NCBI GenBank assembly: GCA_964645535.1
Contig: CAZYCQ010000016.1
Location: forward strand, 1-28,313
DNA: 28,313 bases
DNA from: an uncultured archaeon
Lineage (GTDB): Archaea; Asgardarchaeota; Heimdallarchaeia; Heimdallarchaeales; Kariarchaeaceae
Direction of reading: 5' to 3'
Positions within the stretch are counted from its first letter, which is position 1, and each line of letters opens with the position of its first letter. A program made the position numbers and the translations under genes. The notes below the pieces were generated by a model, which saw only the letters and a program-made list of their open reading frames with translations, was not told the DNA's origin and did not search any database. Positions 27,136-28,313 of the stretch are shown piece by piece.

Positions 27136-27139
27136 TCCC

Positions 27140-27148
27140 TTTGTTTTT
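27140..27148 (+). terminator. Oligo-T tract downstream of tRNA
   Basis: TTTGTTTTT a few nt after the tRNA 3' end; archaeal-type intrinsic terminator. Confidence 0.45.
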
Positions 27149-27198
27149 TAGATGAATTTTCTTATGACGGAAACTAAACCAAAAATGAGTTGCAATAT

Positions 27199-27406
27199 TT
27201 AAGATCTTTTTCGGATCCTTTCCTGCCTTTCTAAAATTTGTTGGACAATTGTGTCGATAGTTGCATCATATTGTCGTCTCTATCCATATTTGATTTGAAA
27301 ATGGAGAGATTGTCTCATCAACAAACTTAGGTATATCATCAATAAATCGGAATATGTTTTTGACGATGTCTACATAACGATTTTCAGGATCAATTTTATG
27401 GATCTC
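27199..27406 (-). pseudogene. Possible frameshifted gene remnant
   Basis: The minus strand reads EIHKIDPENRYVDIVKNIFRFIDDIPKFVDETISPFSNQIWIETT and, after a frame change, YDATIDTIVQQILERQERIRKRS-stop. No clear start codon. Confidence 0.3.
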
Positions 27407-27426
27407 TTAAAGACTTTGTTTTACTA

Positions 27427-28313
27427 TTAGGTACTGAATTTTCTTTTATTGATTCTTCGTGTCATGAGGAATGCGAGGCCTACAAATATGAAGGTCGGTT
27501 GCAAAGGTAGTGATTGATTGTCAGATAATTCAGATGTTAATTCGGTTGCTGAGTTTGTTTGTTGTGTGTTTGTTTGTTCTTCTGGGGATGTGGTGGTTGT
27601 TTGTTCCTCTGGGGATGAGTTGGTTGTTTGTTCCTCTTGTGTTGTGACGGTTACTTCTTCTGATTGTTTTCCTTCTCCGGCTTCATTAACGGCTCTGACA
27701 ACATATGAGTATGTGGTTTTTGGTTTAATTGAGGTATCTGTGAAGGATGTTGTTGTTGAAAATCCTATGTATATGTATCCATTTCCTGATGATCTATAAA
27801 TTCGGAATTCTATGATTGGTGAGCCTCCGTCGTTCTCTGGCTGTTCCCAAGACAGTGTTATGTTTTGTTTTTCAACGGTTGCCACGAGGTTTAGTGGTTG
27901 ACTTGGAGTTGTTGGAGTATTTTGTTCATCTGCGGGCCCTCCGTCTATGATTGTCCAATTGTAGGTGTCGATTATGTATCTTCTGTTCATTAGGCTTGTT
28001 TGAGAGTATCTTGAATTTCCAGCATCAAAAGTGAGATCCTTTTGGAGGTCTAATTGTGACCATGCCCAGAGAGTGTAATCATAATTTTCAGTTGATAGGG
28101 TAACGTAGGTGAACATTGCGGTCATGTTTGATACCAGCGATACGTCCCAGGATGCAAAATGTTGGTTGAATGAGGTTGCATTGTAGAACATGTAGGACAT
28201 ATCTCTGACCTGTGCGACATTCCACTGATTTAATGGTTGGTTGAATGAGACTGCGTTATAGAACATGTAGGACATATCTCTGACCTGTGCGACATTCCAC
28301 TGATTTAATGGTT
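27427..28313 (-). CDS. BspA-like/DUF285 repeat surface protein with fibronectin type III domain, Thr/Glu/Gln linker and C-terminal anchor; 5'-truncated by the window
   Basis: 25-aa repeats MSYMFYNA.SFNQ.L..W.V; capping segment NYDYTLWAW...WTIIDGG; FN3 PSQPLNL...LSWEQPENDGGSPIIEFRIYR...YSYVVRAVNEAGEG; terminal TM plus RRINKRK. Confidence 0.9.
   Translation of the reverse strand, partial: PLNQWNVAQVRDMSYMFYNAVSFNQPLNQWNVAQVRDMSYMFYNATSFNQHFASWDVSLVSNMTAMFTYVTLSTENYDYTLWAWSQLDLQKDLTFDAGNSRYSQTSLMNRRYIIDTYNWTIIDGGPADEQNTPTTPSQPLNLVATVEKQNITLSWEQPENDGGSPIIEFRIYRSSGNGYIYIGFSTTTSFTDTSIKPKTTYSYVVRAVNEAGEGKQSEEVTVTTQEEQTTNSSPEEQTTTTSPEEQTNTQQTNSATELTSELSDNQSLPLQPTFIFVGLAFLMTRRINKRKFST
28184..28313. 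repeat. 75-bp-period coding tandem repeat (DUF285 units)
   Basis: TAGAACATGTAGGACATATCTCTGACCTGTGCGACATTCCACTGATTTAATGGTT (55 nt) is identical at 28184 and 28259, running to the window end. Confidence 0.95.

Noticed and set aside
28184-28313. Direct repeats as a CRISPR array or DGR template/variable repeat pair
   Set aside because: The period is 75 bp (25 codons), in frame within the DUF285 gene; there are no unique spacers, no adenine-specific mismatches, and no cas or reverse transcriptase gene.
27063-28313. Integrated mobile element at tRNA-Gln
   Set aside because: No integrase, transposase or att duplication is visible in the window; kept only as an alternative explanation in the skew finding.

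Overview
Gene-dense archaeal chromosomal segment, most likely from an Asgard archaeon (Heimdallarchaeia-like). This is inferred from adjacent TFE and TBP genes, an archaeal tRNA-Gln, and several eukaryotic-signature-type proteins: a uDENN/longin protein, a second longin-like protein, a membrane-anchored RING protein, and LRR and TPR solenoids. Left to right: the 3' part of a surface-anchored glucodextranase/amylopullulanase-type protein; a malFGK-like sugar ABC operon whose ATPase carries an ~84-aa hydrophobic insertion; a DUF389 membrane protein; an orphan CheR; LarE; a TPR protein; a divergent cobalamin-type ECF locus (fused A-A'-T, CbrT-like S component, DUF4430 protein); a MazG-like protein; a RadA paralog; a longin-like protein; tfe-tbp; a TM-RING protein; two membrane hypotheticals; an LRR protein; an amidohydrolase; an amphi-Trp/Pro-rich protein ending WSDWD; a cysteine-free LanC-like surface protein; a uDENN protein; a nucleotidyltransferase-like protein; tRNA-Gln(CTG); and a truncated DUF285/FN3 surface protein. 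The most notable signals are (1) a possibly membrane-anchored MalK, (2) a shared non-PGF 'LPL/PLP' C-terminal anchor on three unrelated surface proteins, (3) a strand-composition skew that builds up toward ~27.1-27.4 kb and then reverses (candidate origin or island boundary), and (4) several candidate trafficking/ubiquitin/cytoskeletal-adaptor proteins. All family assignments are from motif recognition by eye; no database searches were run.
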